Position numbers and translations under genes: made by a program. The notes under the pieces were generated by a model that saw nothing but the letters and a program-made list of their open reading frames with translations, had not been told where the DNA came from and ran no database searches. A DNA stretch of 64,000 nt from the NCBI GenBank assembly GCA_029855935.1, contig JAGSHN010000032.1:40756-104755 (forward strand). Direction: 5' to 3'. Of this stretch, positions 41,050-52,044 are shown piece after piece; the first letter of the stretch is position 1; every line of letters begins with the position of its first letter. This DNA is from Candidatus Thorarchaeota archaeon. GTDB lineage: Archaea > Asgardarchaeota > Thorarchaeia > Thorarchaeales > Thorarchaeaceae.

Positions 41050-42378
41050 TCATATGACAACGTTCTCAGGCTCAACCTGTCTGTGTTTGAGACTGAGCGC
41101 ATCGGACGGAATCTTTCTCCCTCCGTAGAGCTCCGCCTCGGGCTGCCCACGGTAGAGTGCGTCGGCAATCCTGGCCAGAGCGTCCGACTTCATTATCCCG
41201 CTGCCGCTGGCCCCGTTGACCACAATGACGCCGTTCTCCTTGTACACTGTGGGGATGGCATCGGGCGAGTAGCTGTATCCGCCGCCCCAGCCTCCGACCG
41301 GCTTCACATCCGCGAATGCCGGGAAGTACTTTGAGAGCACAGGATAGAGGCTCAGCTCGTAGTATGAGATCTCTGAGTTGGCATAGTCCTCTGTCTGAAC
41401 ATAGTCATAGGCCCGACCGAGTTTGTCGCCGCAGCCAATCCAGAAGCCCTTCTCCTCCAGCTGGGGTCTGAAGTAGACCGAGCCGCCTGCGCCGGCTGTC
41501 GGCAGGATGACGAACGGGATGCAGCCCAACTCATTGAAGCCCTTGGTGTAGAGCAGGTCAAGTAGATCCTTCTTGTCCTGCGCGTGGATGACGAACAGCT
41601 GTCGTTTCTTTGCCTTCAGGAGGCTGTTCATTCCAATCGGGTCCAGTAGCTCGTTGGCCCACGCGCCTGTCGCCAGTACTGTGGTCTCCGCCCTGAGAAC
41701 CTCACCCTTGTCTGTCACTACTCCGTTGACGCGTTTGAACTGCCAGACGAATGGCTCACCCGGTAGGTCGAGCTTCGGGTCGGCCTCGAGAAGCAGTCTT
41801 GTCACGTTGACGCCAAAGCGTGGCTTGACATGTGAGATCTTCTTGAACTCCTCGTAGTAGAAGTCCACCAACCGTGTCGGGTCGAGCACACCGCAGTCTG
41901 CACCGAAGAGGCCATAGGCAACCTCCCTGAGATTCATCAGCTCGGCCTCCTCGTCGTTACTGAAGTCAGTGTTCAGTCCAGGGATCAGCTCCTTGAGCTC
42001 CTCCTTGTTGTAGACCCTGAAGTGAACGCCCGACCTCTCCATCCGCTCCATCCATAGCTTGACGCTCTCGTGATTGAACTGCTCCTCGCCGAGCAGCCAG
42101 AGGTAGCCGACCTTCTCGAACATCAGCTCGTGACCCATCTCTTCCTGAATATGTTCAAAGAACTTGATGCTGGTGTCGGTCAGGAGCTGGTTCGTGGAAG
42201 ATGCGAACATATTTCGGACAGCCGCGGCACTCATTGCGGTGTTCGCCTGTCCGGGTGCCGACAGTCTGTCGATGAGAAGAATGCGTTTGTCGGGGTTGTT
42301 CTTCTGAATGTAGTAGGCCGTGGCCACGCCCAGTACACCAGCCCCGACCACGATGACGTCAAAGGTCTCATCGCTCAC
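41050..42378 (-). CDS. FAD-dependent oxidoreductase (DAO/sarcosine oxidase/proline dehydrogenase beta-like)
   Basis: VVGAGVLG, ATGAW and SGSGIMK motifs. Confidence 0.88.
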   Translation of the reverse strand: MSDETFDVIVVGAGVLGVATAYYIQKNNPDKRILLIDRLSAPGQANTAMSAAAVRNMFASSTNQLLTDTSIKFFEHIQEEMGHELMFEKVGYLWLLGEEQFNHESVKLWMERMERSGVHFRVYNKEELKELIPGLNTDFSNDEEAELMNLREVAYGLFGADCGVLDPTRLVDFYYEEFKKISHVKPRFGVNVTRLLLEADPKLDLPGEPFVWQFKRVNGVVTDKGEVLRAETTVLATGAWANELLDPIGMNSLLKAKKRQLFVIHAQDKKDLLDLLYTKGFNELGCIPFVILPTAGAGGSVYFRPQLEEKGFWIGCGDKLGRAYDYVQTEDYANSEISYYELSLYPVLSKYFPAFADVKPVGGWGGGYSYSPDAIPTVYKENGVIVVNGASGSGIMKSDALARIADALYRGQPEAELYGGRKIPSDALSLKHRQVEPENVVI

Positions 42379-42697
42379 GATGGTAGCCTCCGTACGAACG
42401 CTACCGGGCTGAAGTCAGCCGCCCTATAACAGTTTGCCTCGCCCCTGTGAGTAGGTGCTGACCAGGAAAGAGATGTGGGCAGGCCACACGGCATCCTGAA
42501 TGTGCGACGCGTTGTCAGGCATCCCACGCAGTGGCGTAGCCAACACGAGTGCGACATAGAGCATCGTTATTGGCGATTCCATTGCGCGGCTTCATTGATA
42601 ACTATAGGCTGCGGATGCGTGCGAGGCTGCACATTCCTCTGTCACCGGGTTGGCCGACGCAAGAGATCCCATCCAGGCTGCCACAGAGCCTGCCCGT

Positions 42698-43519
42698 CTA
42701 TTCTGTGGGCGGTGGCACTGTCAGCTGATAGCGGTCATTGAACATCTCCCTGAGGAACAGTCGCGAGACTATGATGCCACAGACGACCGTGGCGAGGAAT
42801 ATCATGATGAAGATGATCACTTGGTAGAAGGCCGCGGCGACCGGGTTGGCACCGCCAATGATCATTCCACTCATCAGGCCGGGGATGCTGACGATGCCCA
42901 GAGAGGCGTATCGGTTGAGGTTCGGCAACATACCGCTCCTTATCGCCTCACGTATGGTGAGCTCTGTGGCCTGTAGCGGTGTCGCGCCCAGAGCGAGAGC
43001 AGTTTCCATCAGTGCTCTCTGTTTCTGTGCATTGGACCACATCCTGTCGAGAATGAGGCTCGTCATCCCCATAGAGTTGCCAATGACCATCCCACCCATC
43101 GGGATGATGAATTCGCCCCTCTGCTGGATTATGCCCAGAAACGTCACAAGGAGCATCACGCCGACTCCCCCTACGATGACTCCAGGCAGAGACGTCCTAA
43201 AGACACCGGGAATGTAGTCCAGATTGCCACGTACTGTGTAGGCAGCGAAGGTTGCCATGAATAGCAGCACTGCAAAGATGATGATCATATCCTCAAGAGC
43301 AAATATCTCAACGAGAATGAGGGCCATCAGGATAATCTGAATGGTACCCCTGATTGTCCCGACTATGAGTTTGTTCCCGACGCCAAGGCCCTGCCATCTG
43401 TTGAGAAGGAGAATGATTGCCAGAAGTATCATAGCCACGACATAGCCCTGCGCCGCCGTGACGACCTCTGGTGGCAGAGTCGCGAGCCAGTCCATCAGCG
43501 TTGGTATCTGAATCATCAT
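42698..43519 (-). CDS. fetB: FetB/UPF0014 ABC permease
   Basis: IIP.GGMVIGNSM, LALGATP and GIVSIPG.MSGMIIGG.P motifs. Confidence 0.85.
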   Translation of the reverse strand: MMIQIPTLMDWLATLPPEVVTAAQGYVVAMILLAIILLLNRWQGLGVGNKLIVGTIRGTIQIILMALILVEIFALEDMIIIFAVLLFMATFAAYTVRGNLDYIPGVFRTSLPGVIVGGVGVMLLVTFLGIIQQRGEFIIPMGGMVIGNSMGMTSLILDRMWSNAQKQRALMETALALGATPLQATELTIREAIRSGMLPNLNRYASLGIVSIPGLMSGMIIGGANPVAAAFYQVIIFIMIFLATVVCGIIVSRLFLREMFNDRYQLTVPPPTE

Positions 43520-43522
43520 TGT

Positions 43523-44176
43523 CTATTGACCTCCTCTTGAGTTGCCAATCTCTATTATCCTGTCTGCCAAGCGCTGGGCCTGTTCGCTATTGTGTGTCAC
43601 AATCATCACGCCGATGTCTTGGTCACTGATCACGCGCTGAATGCTCTCCTCAACGACCTCTGTGGAGTCATCATCCAGAGCTGCTGTCGGCTCGTCCAGC
43701 AGCAGGACCTCGGGCTCCAGCAGGAGGGCCCTCGCAATGGCCACACGCTGCTTTTCCCCTCCCGAGAGATTCCCTGCGGTCTTGTCGAGCATAGAAACAG
43801 GGAGGTTGACCTGACTGAGAACATCCCTGAGCCTCTCCTCGGACGCCTCAAGCCTGTGAATCCGCAGTCCCCAGAGAAGATTCTCCCTGACATTGCCCGG
43901 AAACATGCTGGCCTGTTGAGGAACGAGAATCATACTTCTACGCAATTCTCGTGGGTCCCATTCGGTCACGTCCTTGCCGTGAAAGAGCACCCTTCCGGCC
44001 GTCGGCGAGACGAGGTTGACCGCTATCCTGAGGAGCGTGCTCTTGCCGCCTCCGCTGGGCCCTGAGATTCCTATGGTCTCGCCGTGATTCAGTGCAAGAT
44101 TGAGGTCCCTGAAGAGGACCCTCTCACCAAAGGCCATTGTGACACCCATCATCTGTAGGACTGGTCCTTCGCCCAT
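43523..44176 (-). CDS. fetA: FetA-like ABC ATPase
   Basis: GPSGGGKST, LSGGEKQR and LLDEPT; adjacent to fetB. Confidence 0.82.
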   Translation of the reverse strand: MGEGPVLQMMGVTMAFGERVLFRDLNLALNHGETIGISGPSGGGKSTLLRIAVNLVSPTAGRVLFHGKDVTEWDPRELRRSMILVPQQASMFPGNVRENLLWGLRIHRLEASEERLRDVLSQVNLPVSMLDKTAGNLSGGEKQRVAIARALLLEPEVLLLDEPTAALDDDSTEVVEESIQRVISDQDIGVMIVTHNSEQAQRLADRIIEIGNSRGGQ

Positions 44177-44353
44177 CAGTTGATCGCCAAATTGGTGCAG
44201 CAATGCAAGACCTACTTAGATGTTTCAGTGACAGCCACACTCAGCTGGACAATGCCCGCTGGACGAGTCAGACGCGGCCAGTGCTGGCGAGTCAACTCCA
44301 TCTGCGCAAAGCACTTATGGGCACGCCTAGACGGGTGCTCGGAGGTATGACGC

Positions 44354-45361
44354 TTGCCGGGCCTCGTAGTCAGACGTAGTAACGGGGAACTTAGGTGGTA
44401 CCCCTTCTTCAAGCACGGTGATACCTACACCTTCTACCCCGACAAGGAGTACGGTGAGGATGAGACTGGGAGACGAGTTGGACGTGGCTTCAAATTCGAG
44501 AAGTACCTGCCCGGTTACTGGATGCCAGCCAAGTCGCCCGTGAGGCATCGCCGTATCGGCGGTGGTAACTCGCTGGTCGTTCTGGAGAAGGATGGTGACC
44601 TTAAGTTCTATCGGTTCGAGGGCTTCACATTTATGGTCAGCGACACAGGAAAGAAGGTCGGAAGGGGCTTCAAGTCCGACTGGGACTATGTGGTGGCCGA
44701 GTGGACCGGGAATGGCACCAGCGACCTTCTTGTGAGGGATGAGGATGGCAATCTGAGACTGTTCCCGTGGAACGGTGAGAAGTTCATTGACCTCGGCGGC
44801 GATGAGAAGGTCGGTGTGGGCTTCAAGAAGGACAAGTTCACTCATCTCTTTGCGGGCTACTGGACTGGCGGAGACACACCCGACCTTGTGGCCAGAGAGC
44901 GCGATGGCGACCTCTGGCTGTACCTCTTCGATGGGAAGACCTTCCGCGGCCACGGGAAGCCGCGCAAGATCGGCCGCGGGTTTGGCAACCAGTTCACGCA
45001 CTACTTCGTCGACGAGTGGATGGGCAACGGCACGCCCGACCTGATTGTCCGTCACAAGAACGGCAACCTGATTCGATATCCATATGGCAAATTCGATTCT
45101 TCAAAAGATCACTACGTGTTTGCCGAACCGCCATACGCCACTGTTGGTCGGGGGTTCAAGAGCGACTGGACATACATCGTGGGCCACTGGCGACAGCCCG
45201 GTCATCCCGACCTCCTGGTATGCGACAATCATCACAATATGCGGTTCTACCCATTCGAGAACGGCGAGTTCGTGGAACTACCAAAGGACCAGAAGTTTGT
45301 CGGCCGGGACTGGAAGTTCACCCACTACTGGGACTTCTATCCGGTCGAGGAACAGGGATAG
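44354..45361 (+). CDS. FG-GAP/tachylectin-like repeat beta-propeller protein
   Basis: About 6 repeats of VGRGFK...W.G.GTPDL.VR...G.L.LYP. Confidence 0.75.
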   Translation: MPGLVVRRSNGELRWYPFFKHGDTYTFYPDKEYGEDETGRRVGRGFKFEKYLPGYWMPAKSPVRHRRIGGGNSLVVLEKDGDLKFYRFEGFTFMVSDTGKKVGRGFKSDWDYVVAEWTGNGTSDLLVRDEDGNLRLFPWNGEKFIDLGGDEKVGVGFKKDKFTHLFAGYWTGGDTPDLVARERDGDLWLYLFDGKTFRGHGKPRKIGRGFGNQFTHYFVDEWMGNGTPDLIVRHKNGNLIRYPYGKFDSSKDHYVFAEPPYATVGRGFKSDWTYIVGHWRQPGHPDLLVCDNHHNMRFYPFENGEFVELPKDQKFVGRDWKFTHYWDFYPVEEQG

Positions 45362-45500
45362 ACGACGAGGGCGGAGCCCGGGCCAGCCGACAATTGGCCC
45401 CCGCAGTGGAAAGTGGGCGAACAAGGCCAGTCCCTCCACCGGAACCGTCCGCAACGGTCTTAAGCTCGTCAGTAGAGCTCCATCTCCGGGTGTGACGAGA

Positions 45501-46280
45501 ATGGCGGACGGTCTGAGCACGCAGGAAGGTTTCGAGCTGTTTGGTGGAATTAGTGAGACGAAGCAACACGCTATAGGGGTTTTGCTGGCCGCGGTATACG
45601 GCGTTGCCAGTGCCGTACCAATCAGCGCCTTTCTCGGCGCGGTGGGTGTCAGCGGTGCCATCGGCTTCTCGATCTGTATTGCGCCGCTCTTTGGCATCTT
45701 GCTGGGGCCCTCACGAGGCTTTGCCTACGGGCTTGTTGCTGGTATCATACAGCTTATGGTAGCCGTGTTCGTGCCGACAGCGGTCGTGCCTCTCATTGTG
45801 CCGACAATTCCCCTCGGCCCTGCCGTGTCGGGCCTGTTTACCGGTCTTGCACTGCGTCCGCGCACGACCCTGGGAGGGATCTCGTTGCCTGGTCCGCTGC
45901 TGACGGCGGGGTACCTGATGGCCATCATCATCCTCTACGAGATACCGAATGGCCAGGCGTGGTGGTTCCCTGCCGTCTTGATGCTGGCTGTGGTGGTGGC
46001 TCTGGCCCTGCAGGTCACTGGATTCGAGTTCGATCCCGAGTCGTTCGGTCCTCGCCGATATCTGCAGCTCCTGCCTCTGGCCCTGATAGGAACGGCAACG
46101 GATTTCTCCACGATGATGATGGGCGCGGTCTACCTAATGGCAATTCCCGCCCCTACATTTGGCTGGGTGATATTCCCCTTTATGTTGATCGAGAGGACAG
46201 CCGCGACCCTTATCAGCGCCGCAGTCGCAGCAGCCGTTCTGGCGGCGTTCCCCGAAGTGTTCTACTCAGTATCTTCGTGA
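45501..46280 (+). CDS. Membrane protein, ECF S-component-like
   Basis: APLFGILLGP..G motif; about 7 TMs. Confidence 0.6.
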   Translation: MADGLSTQEGFELFGGISETKQHAIGVLLAAVYGVASAVPISAFLGAVGVSGAIGFSICIAPLFGILLGPSRGFAYGLVAGIIQLMVAVFVPTAVVPLIVPTIPLGPAVSGLFTGLALRPRTTLGGISLPGPLLTAGYLMAIIILYEIPNGQAWWFPAVLMLAVVVALALQVTGFEFDPESFGPRRYLQLLPLALIGTATDFSTMMMGAVYLMAIPAPTFGWVIFPFMLIERTAATLISAAVAAAVLAAFPEVFYSVSS

Positions 46281-46307
46281 TGACAATCGGGTGGCGGTCA
46301 TTGAGGC

Positions 46308-46937
46308 TCACAGGCCGAGGCCACGTGCGGTCTCCGCAATGACTGTCCTGATGGCCCGCATCTCGTCATCAAGTCTCATTGTGGGCAGTGTCGCTGTTCG
46401 CTTCTGTATGGCCTGCTCAGGCAGAGGCGGGACGTGTACAAAACCGATGACCCCGCTAATCTGACCCGTGTGCCGCCAGTGGAGAAGATTGTAGAACAGC
46501 CAGTTGCATCCGTACGTCCCGGCGTGGTAGCTCACCTCTGCAGGAATTCCCATCTCCCTCAGTCTCTGGGCAAGACCCGTCACGTCGAGCATCGAGAAAT
46601 AGGCGGCTGGGCCGTCGGGAATGATGACGTCTGTCTCGGGGAGGTTGCCATAGTTGTCCTCCCGCTGTGTGCTCACTGCGTTGATGGCGATCCGCTCGAG
46701 CGTGATTGCACCCCTGTTCGCCTGTCCGCACGCTATGATGACGGCGGGGGCTGTCTCACCAATTAGCCTTCGGGCCTCGGACAGACAGGATGTGTAGTCC
46801 AGCGGCAGCTGGGCGCCCACAACGGTCAACCCCTCTATTTCTCCACCGTCAAGGGAAAGTGCGACCTCCGCTGAGGGGTTTATCTCGAAGTCATCAAAGG
46901 GCTCGAAACCTGTGACCAACACGTTCTCTAGTGCCAT
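46308..46937 (-). CDS. pcp: Pyroglutamyl-peptidase I
   Basis: VTGFEPF, NPS, ERIAIN, AGTYGCN and FVHVP motifs (E/C/H triad). Confidence 0.92.
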   Translation of the reverse strand: MALENVLVTGFEPFDDFEINPSAEVALSLDGGEIEGLTVVGAQLPLDYTSCLSEARRLIGETAPAVIIACGQANRGAITLERIAINAVSTQREDNYGNLPETDVIIPDGPAAYFSMLDVTGLAQRLREMGIPAEVSYHAGTYGCNWLFYNLLHWRHTGQISGVIGFVHVPPLPEQAIQKRTATLPTMRLDDEMRAIRTVIAETARGLGL

Positions 46938-46952
46938 TGTGACCACCCACAT

Positions 46953-47642
46953 CTATGAAGCGTGGAGCATCGAGACCGCCCCACATATGAAAAGGGCCCC
47001 GAGGACAATCTGAAACACACCGACGCCAACATTCAACCAGTTGATGCCTCCAATGTTGGCGTGCCGTCGCACCCTGTCGGTCCCCAGAGACAGGAATGCT
47101 CCATATATCAGATCGGTCGATATGTGGGTGACGTAGACGAGAATGCCAGCAATGAACAATGCGCCGACTCCAGCCTGTATCCCGACAACGAGCACGGTCA
47201 CGGTAGAGAGGCCGATGGCAAACCACCACAGTATGAAGTACGGCGACAGAATGCTGACCAGAGCGCCTTGGGTGATGGCAGCAAGAAGACTCACACGGCT
47301 CCGAGACACGGGGTCCGACATCTCATCGTCAGGCGAGATGCGATAGTCGCGGAGAGCTAGTAGTCCGAACAGCACCACGACCGATCCCCCAAAGAGCAAG
47401 ATCATCGCGACCGTCTGGTCTGTCAGCGCAATTGTCTGGAGGCTCACAACAATGGCCGCCACTATCACTAGTTCCACGATGGCGTGACCAACCATCGGCA
47501 GCATGCCAAAGGCCCTCCCGCCAGTCGTGGCATTCTGGATGACGGCAGCTGAAAGTGGTCCAGGCGCGAGCGCCCCCGTGAGCGAGAGGAGGAACCATGC
47601 CACCAGCGCCTCTACAACCGTCACGTCGGTGTCACTCTCCAT
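46953..47642 (-). CDS. LysE-family translocator
   Basis: GALAPGPL, GHAIVE and SPYFILWW motifs. Confidence 0.85.
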   Translation of the reverse strand: MESDTDVTVVEALVAWFLLSLTGALAPGPLSAAVIQNATTGGRAFGMLPMVGHAIVELVIVAAIVVSLQTIALTDQTVAMILLFGGSVVVLFGLLALRDYRISPDDEMSDPVSRSRVSLLAAITQGALVSILSPYFILWWFAIGLSTVTVLVVGIQAGVGALFIAGILVYVTHISTDLIYGAFLSLGTDRVRRHANIGGINWLNVGVGVFQIVLGALFICGAVSMLHAS

Positions 47643-47837
47643 AGACCGGAATGGCTCACGGGCTTTTCAGTGTATATATAGAATGGACACATACGATGCC
47701 GTCTGCCTGTTGGCGAATGGGCAGGACAATGCAGTCACCTATTCTTCCACAGTGAGGCCAGCCTCCGTGCTGAGATACGAAAGATTCATTTTGAGTCGTG
47801 TAGGCGGTTTAACAACACTATTCTTGGAGAAGAGGAA

Positions 47838-48527
47838 ATGAAGTACGCTATCAATGCAATTCTTGCGCTTGCAATCATCGCGATGTTCATGGTTTCTCCG
47901 GTCGCCGCCGCTACCTCACAGGGTCTTGAGTGGGGCATCCACACTGGCGACAGGTTTGATTTCACCCTCAGGTCGAGTGAAACTGGCTTGAACGAACAGA
48001 TCTACTTGAACATCACGTCGATGCCGGCGACTGCAATCCCCGACCCCTTGACATCATGGGGTAGTATACCAGACCCCGATGTCGGCGCGTACTGGGCGAA
48101 CGGCACATCGATGGGGCTCTATATCCTTGTCTTCCTTGGCCTGCTGTCAACGGGAGGAAAGATTGCCGTACCTGTGGGCAATTTCTCCCTACTCACGAAT
48201 CTCCTTGCGCCAGAGCTCATAGGGGAGGACTTCATCAACGATGCCAGTGTATGGGGTGTCGAGCTGGTGCATGAGCTCAACTCCACGCACGAGGGACACA
48301 TCCGTGTGACGTACTCAAAGTCAGACGGCTTCCTTGCTGAGTACATTCTAACCATGGTCGTTTCGGCCACGGACGAGGTCGTACAGGAGCTGTCCGCCAG
48401 GAGAAACAACCTTGGCGGTGGTATTGGAATCGACCAGCTAGTCCAGCTTGCAAAGGACAATGCCCTGTACATCGGTGCTGCAGTCGTCGTTCTGGTGATC
48501 CTCGGCGTTGTCTGCAAGAGGCGATAG
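47838..48527 (+). CDS. Secreted protein with C-terminal membrane anchor
   Basis: Signal peptide (AAA), WGIHTGD.F motif, C-terminal TM and KRR. Confidence 0.75.
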   Translation: MKYAINAILALAIIAMFMVSPVAAATSQGLEWGIHTGDRFDFTLRSSETGLNEQIYLNITSMPATAIPDPLTSWGSIPDPDVGAYWANGTSMGLYILVFLGLLSTGGKIAVPVGNFSLLTNLLAPELIGEDFINDASVWGVELVHELNSTHEGHIRVTYSKSDGFLAEYILTMVVSATDEVVQELSARRNNLGGGIGIDQLVQLAKDNALYIGAAVVVLVILGVVCKRR

Positions 48528-48657
48528 TGGAATGTGACGGGGCTAGAGGCCCCGCCCCTCTCTTTTTCTCCTCCTGCTGTGCTCTACCAGCGAGGACTCC
48601 GGACGAAACTGGATATGGGGCCGTGTAGCCAGTGCGAAACGGCAGTTCTGGCTGGAC

Positions 48658-50589
48658 TCACTCCCGATGGTTCTTCCGAAGGTGCGCAATAGTTGCTGCT
48701 GTGAACCCTGCAGCGACGGCTGCGGCGACGACTGTGACGCCGAGCGATATCGGGCGGAGGCCGAGTATTCTCCCAATGCCATAAAGACCTGTGGTGTCAC
48801 TGTCATTGACTGGCGGACTGGTGATCGTTGTGTCTGGAGTTCCGGGTGTTGATGGACTCTGAGGGGAGTGGACGATGTTGAAGGGATGTTCTCTGTTTAT
48901 AACGAGCTGGAGGTTGCTGTGCTCATCCCACGCGGAGATGGAGAAAGGACCCGATGTGACAACGGATTCGACGGACTGGTCGAACCGCCAGTGAACTAGC
49001 TGGTCGGTGGTCCAGTTGGAGATTATGTGAGCAGGTAGAACGGGGAGCGTGCCAACACGAAGGAGGTTCCAGTATGACTCGTCCTTGAACTCGATGACGA
49101 TTGACCTCCTGTCGTCTGTGGTGACCTGGGCCACATTCTGGACACACCGATGGAGCCACAGACCTGAGGCCATCCTGAGAGAGTCAATCGTCTGTTTGAC
49201 ATCATACGATGTCACTGGCATTCCATCACTCCAAGTAAAGCCTTGTCTTAGAGTGAAACGGATCTGCATCCTCCCCTCTGGGACGTTGGGGTCGTCGTGG
49301 TGGGTATCGATCTGAAAGGTCCGGGCAAGCCACATATCCGGTTCTCCGGAGGGCCTTCTGCGCAGGAGACTGTCGTAGGCGAGAGAGAGTATGGTCCTGC
49401 GCAGGTCGTGTGCCAGTGCAGATACCTCGATGAGAATCACTGTGCCAGGAAGAACAGTCCTGCCTGCTCGGAATGTCCCCCCGACAGGGCCCCCCTGCTC
49501 CTGTTTTAGGCGCACCAGATATGGTGTCCACCAGCTGAAGAAGCCATCTTCGATCGTGAACACGGGGTCCTCTAGTTTCTCACTGTTCCATAGTTGATAA
49601 CGATACTCCTGGCAGATCGGTATGAAGGGGCATTGCTCAGCGACTATTCTCTGCATCTCGATTGCAGCATCGTAGACTTCGGAATAGCTTGAGGCGTGGA
49701 GGAACTGGTTTCGATAGAAGTCGAACGTGTTGTTCCTGAACTTTGGGAGATTGACATATGGTCGGTCTGCATTGCCCGACCAGAACTCGTCTGCCATCCA
49801 GATAATGTCATTGAACCGCGGATAGAGCACGTGCAGAAAGAAGAAATAGCGTTTCTCGCGCTCGATGCTGAGTAGCTCGCTAACGCTCCACTCATCGTAG
49901 ACTATGAGCTGGCTCTGTATTCCAATGTCTTCCAGAGTCGACACTATTGTCTGGCCCGCGGCCCGGGCCTGCGGCGAGTCGTGTGTCACAACTGGGAGGA
50001 TCCCGAACTCGACACTCGCCCGACCCAGTGGTCCCGGGCCTTCCAAGTAGCTGTCATTATCGGAGTCAAAGAATCCCGCATTCGCAAGAACCTGTCGGGC
50101 CTTTGTGACGAGTCCGTAGCGGTACATCGGACCTATGACCTTCTCGGCTGTGAAGGGGTCTGTTGGAGGGATGCAGGCCTCAAGAGTTCTGCCGGAGTTG
50201 TTCATCGCATCACGGAGAATCGCAACCTTGTCGATTGCGAAGGCAACGGCCCTCCGGAATTGCGTAATATTAAGGGGATATCTCTCAGTGTTCAGTGATA
50301 GGGACCAGTACCAATCGCAGGGGATCATCACAGTGCGAACAGACTGTGTAGTATTGATCTGTGACAGGCGGTCGTATCGGACCGGGTCAAGTGCCATATC
50401 GATGTCGCCATTCTGCAGGGCCACGAGTTCCTCGTCGGTATTGGACAGCCCGACATAGTCGATTCTGTCTACGTAGCCCCCATACGGTGGAGTGGAGGCC
50501 ATAGTCTTCTTGGCGACTATCTGTGGAGATACTGCTGCGAGCAGGACTAGACTGATTGCGATGATGCCCACGCCACGCCTTACCAACAA
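48658..50589 (-). CDS. Peptide/nickel ABC substrate-binding protein (family 5), C-terminally anchored
   Basis: FRRAVAFAID, YDSL, LRQGFTWSDG.PVT..DV and VTSGPF motifs. Confidence 0.85.
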   Translation of the reverse strand: MLVRRGVGIIAISLVLLAAVSPQIVAKKTMASTPPYGGYVDRIDYVGLSNTDEELVALQNGDIDMALDPVRYDRLSQINTTQSVRTVMIPCDWYWSLSLNTERYPLNITQFRRAVAFAIDKVAILRDAMNNSGRTLEACIPPTDPFTAEKVIGPMYRYGLVTKARQVLANAGFFDSDNDSYLEGPGPLGRASVEFGILPVVTHDSPQARAAGQTIVSTLEDIGIQSQLIVYDEWSVSELLSIEREKRYFFFLHVLYPRFNDIIWMADEFWSGNADRPYVNLPKFRNNTFDFYRNQFLHASSYSEVYDAAIEMQRIVAEQCPFIPICQEYRYQLWNSEKLEDPVFTIEDGFFSWWTPYLVRLKQEQGGPVGGTFRAGRTVLPGTVILIEVSALAHDLRRTILSLAYDSLLRRRPSGEPDMWLARTFQIDTHHDDPNVPEGRMQIRFTLRQGFTWSDGMPVTSYDVKQTIDSLRMASGLWLHRCVQNVAQVTTDDRRSIVIEFKDESYWNLLRVGTLPVLPAHIISNWTTDQLVHWRFDQSVESVVTSGPFSISAWDEHSNLQLVINREHPFNIVHSPQSPSTPGTPDTTITSPPVNDSDTTGLYGIGRILGLRPISLGVTVVAAAVAAGFTAATIAHLRKNHRE

Positions 50590-50829
50590 GTCCTCACTTC
50601 CAGACGTCCCGATATTTCTGTCAATACGAACAGGATATCAGGTATAAGCTATCTTGTTGACGTAGCAACACATTGGCGCCAACCTACCAGTCTATTTGGT
50701 GATGGCCGTTGCAGTTGGGCCTCCCTCTTCTCCGCGGGAGAGGCCGTTTTCGGGCCGTGGCTGCTGCGACCCAATAGGCTTAATAGACTGGGGGCATCAG
50801 CGGTCGAGGACCTAGGGAGCGGTTCATCT

Positions 50830-52044
50830 GTGAAAGTTGTACAGATAGCACTGCCCTTCGACAAGACGGCGCCTATATACAACTTCCTCGTCGAGGCTCT
50901 GGACATCGATATGATTCACAAGATCGATGTCGGAGAGGCGCACCTCCTGACCTTCAGAGTCCCGGATGCCAAGGTGGCAGACCTTGTCGAGGCGCTGAAG
51001 AGTCACGGGGTTGGCGTTGACTACGGCTATGTTGACATCCTTGACACCAAGGTGTCGTTGCCAGGCGATGTATCAGAGAGCAAGTCAGAGGAGAAGATAC
51101 AGCGCGAGGCGATGCTAGCGGTCGAGGAGATTTACGTCAATGTCGAGCGTCAGGCCTCTCTCAGCTTCGACTTCATCGCATTCTGCATACTGGCTGCACT
51201 GATGGCGGGCGTGGGACTGATCCAGAACAACGTCACGGTCATAGTTGCCTCCATGCTCCTATCGCCGCTGATGGGGCCGATGCTGGGCGTTGCACTCGGA
51301 TACGTTGTCGGTGACAGGGCCCTCTTCATCAAGGGAACAAGGAACGAGCTGATAGCGCTCGGAGTGTCATTCGCTGTCGGTGCCATTATGGCCGCGGTAA
51401 TGCCGCTACTCTATCCGGGGACTCCGTCACTGGTGGACATCATCGAGTCGCAGTGGAATGGCGGTCCTGTGGTGCTCACCGAGATTACAAGGAGGGGCGG
51501 CTTTTCCACGTTGGACGTTGGCGTGGCGATATTCTCGGGTGCTGCAGTCGCAGTATCGGTGACAAGAGGCGATATGTCCTCCCTCGTTGGTGTCGCGATA
51601 TCTGCTGCTCTGATGCCTCCTGCTGTTAATGTTGGTATGATGCTTGCTCTCGGGCTGCTGAACAGTTCGGCCGCCTGCATGGAGATTGGCATCGGATCAT
51701 TGATGCTCCTTGTGATGAACATAGTGATCATTGATATCGCCGCCATTGTGATGTTCAGGATAAAGAAGCTCGGTGTGATAGCCGACAAGTCCGCTAGATG
51801 GGTGGCCGTAGCGCACCTGAAGAAACAGGGGATGGGCGCTCTCTACCACACGTACACTCAGCCAAAGCGTGAGGGCCCTGTTCCGACACCCGCGCCGGCT
51901 GCGCCAGTCCCTGAGCCTGAGCCTATCAGGCCTCCACCTCCCGAATCAGGGGGACCTGACGTGGAGACCGTGGCGCCGACAGAGGAGGAGAGCGCACCTA
52001 CGGACACCGCTGGCGAGAACGAGACAGGTGGAGAGTCCGCATAG
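50830..52044 (+). CDS. DUF389/TIGR00341-like membrane protein
   Basis: ASMLLSPLMGP and GVAISAALMPP motifs. Confidence 0.85.
   Translation: MKVVQIALPFDKTAPIYNFLVEALDIDMIHKIDVGEAHLLTFRVPDAKVADLVEALKSHGVGVDYGYVDILDTKVSLPGDVSESKSEEKIQREAMLAVEEIYVNVERQASLSFDFIAFCILAALMAGVGLIQNNVTVIVASMLLSPLMGPMLGVALGYVVGDRALFIKGTRNELIALGVSFAVGAIMAAVMPLLYPGTPSLVDIIESQWNGGPVVLTEITRRGGFSTLDVGVAIFSGAAVAVSVTRGDMSSLVGVAISAALMPPAVNVGMMLALGLLNSSAACMEIGIGSLMLLVMNIVIIDIAAIVMFRIKKLGVIADKSARWVAVAHLKKQGMGALYHTYTQPKREGPVPTPAPAAPVPEPEPIRPPPPESGGPDVETVAPTEEESAPTDTAGENETGGESA

Noticed and set aside
45084-45500. N-terminal extension of the 398-aa ORF
   Set aside because: It overlaps the propeller gene in another frame; the real start is more likely the ATG at 45501.
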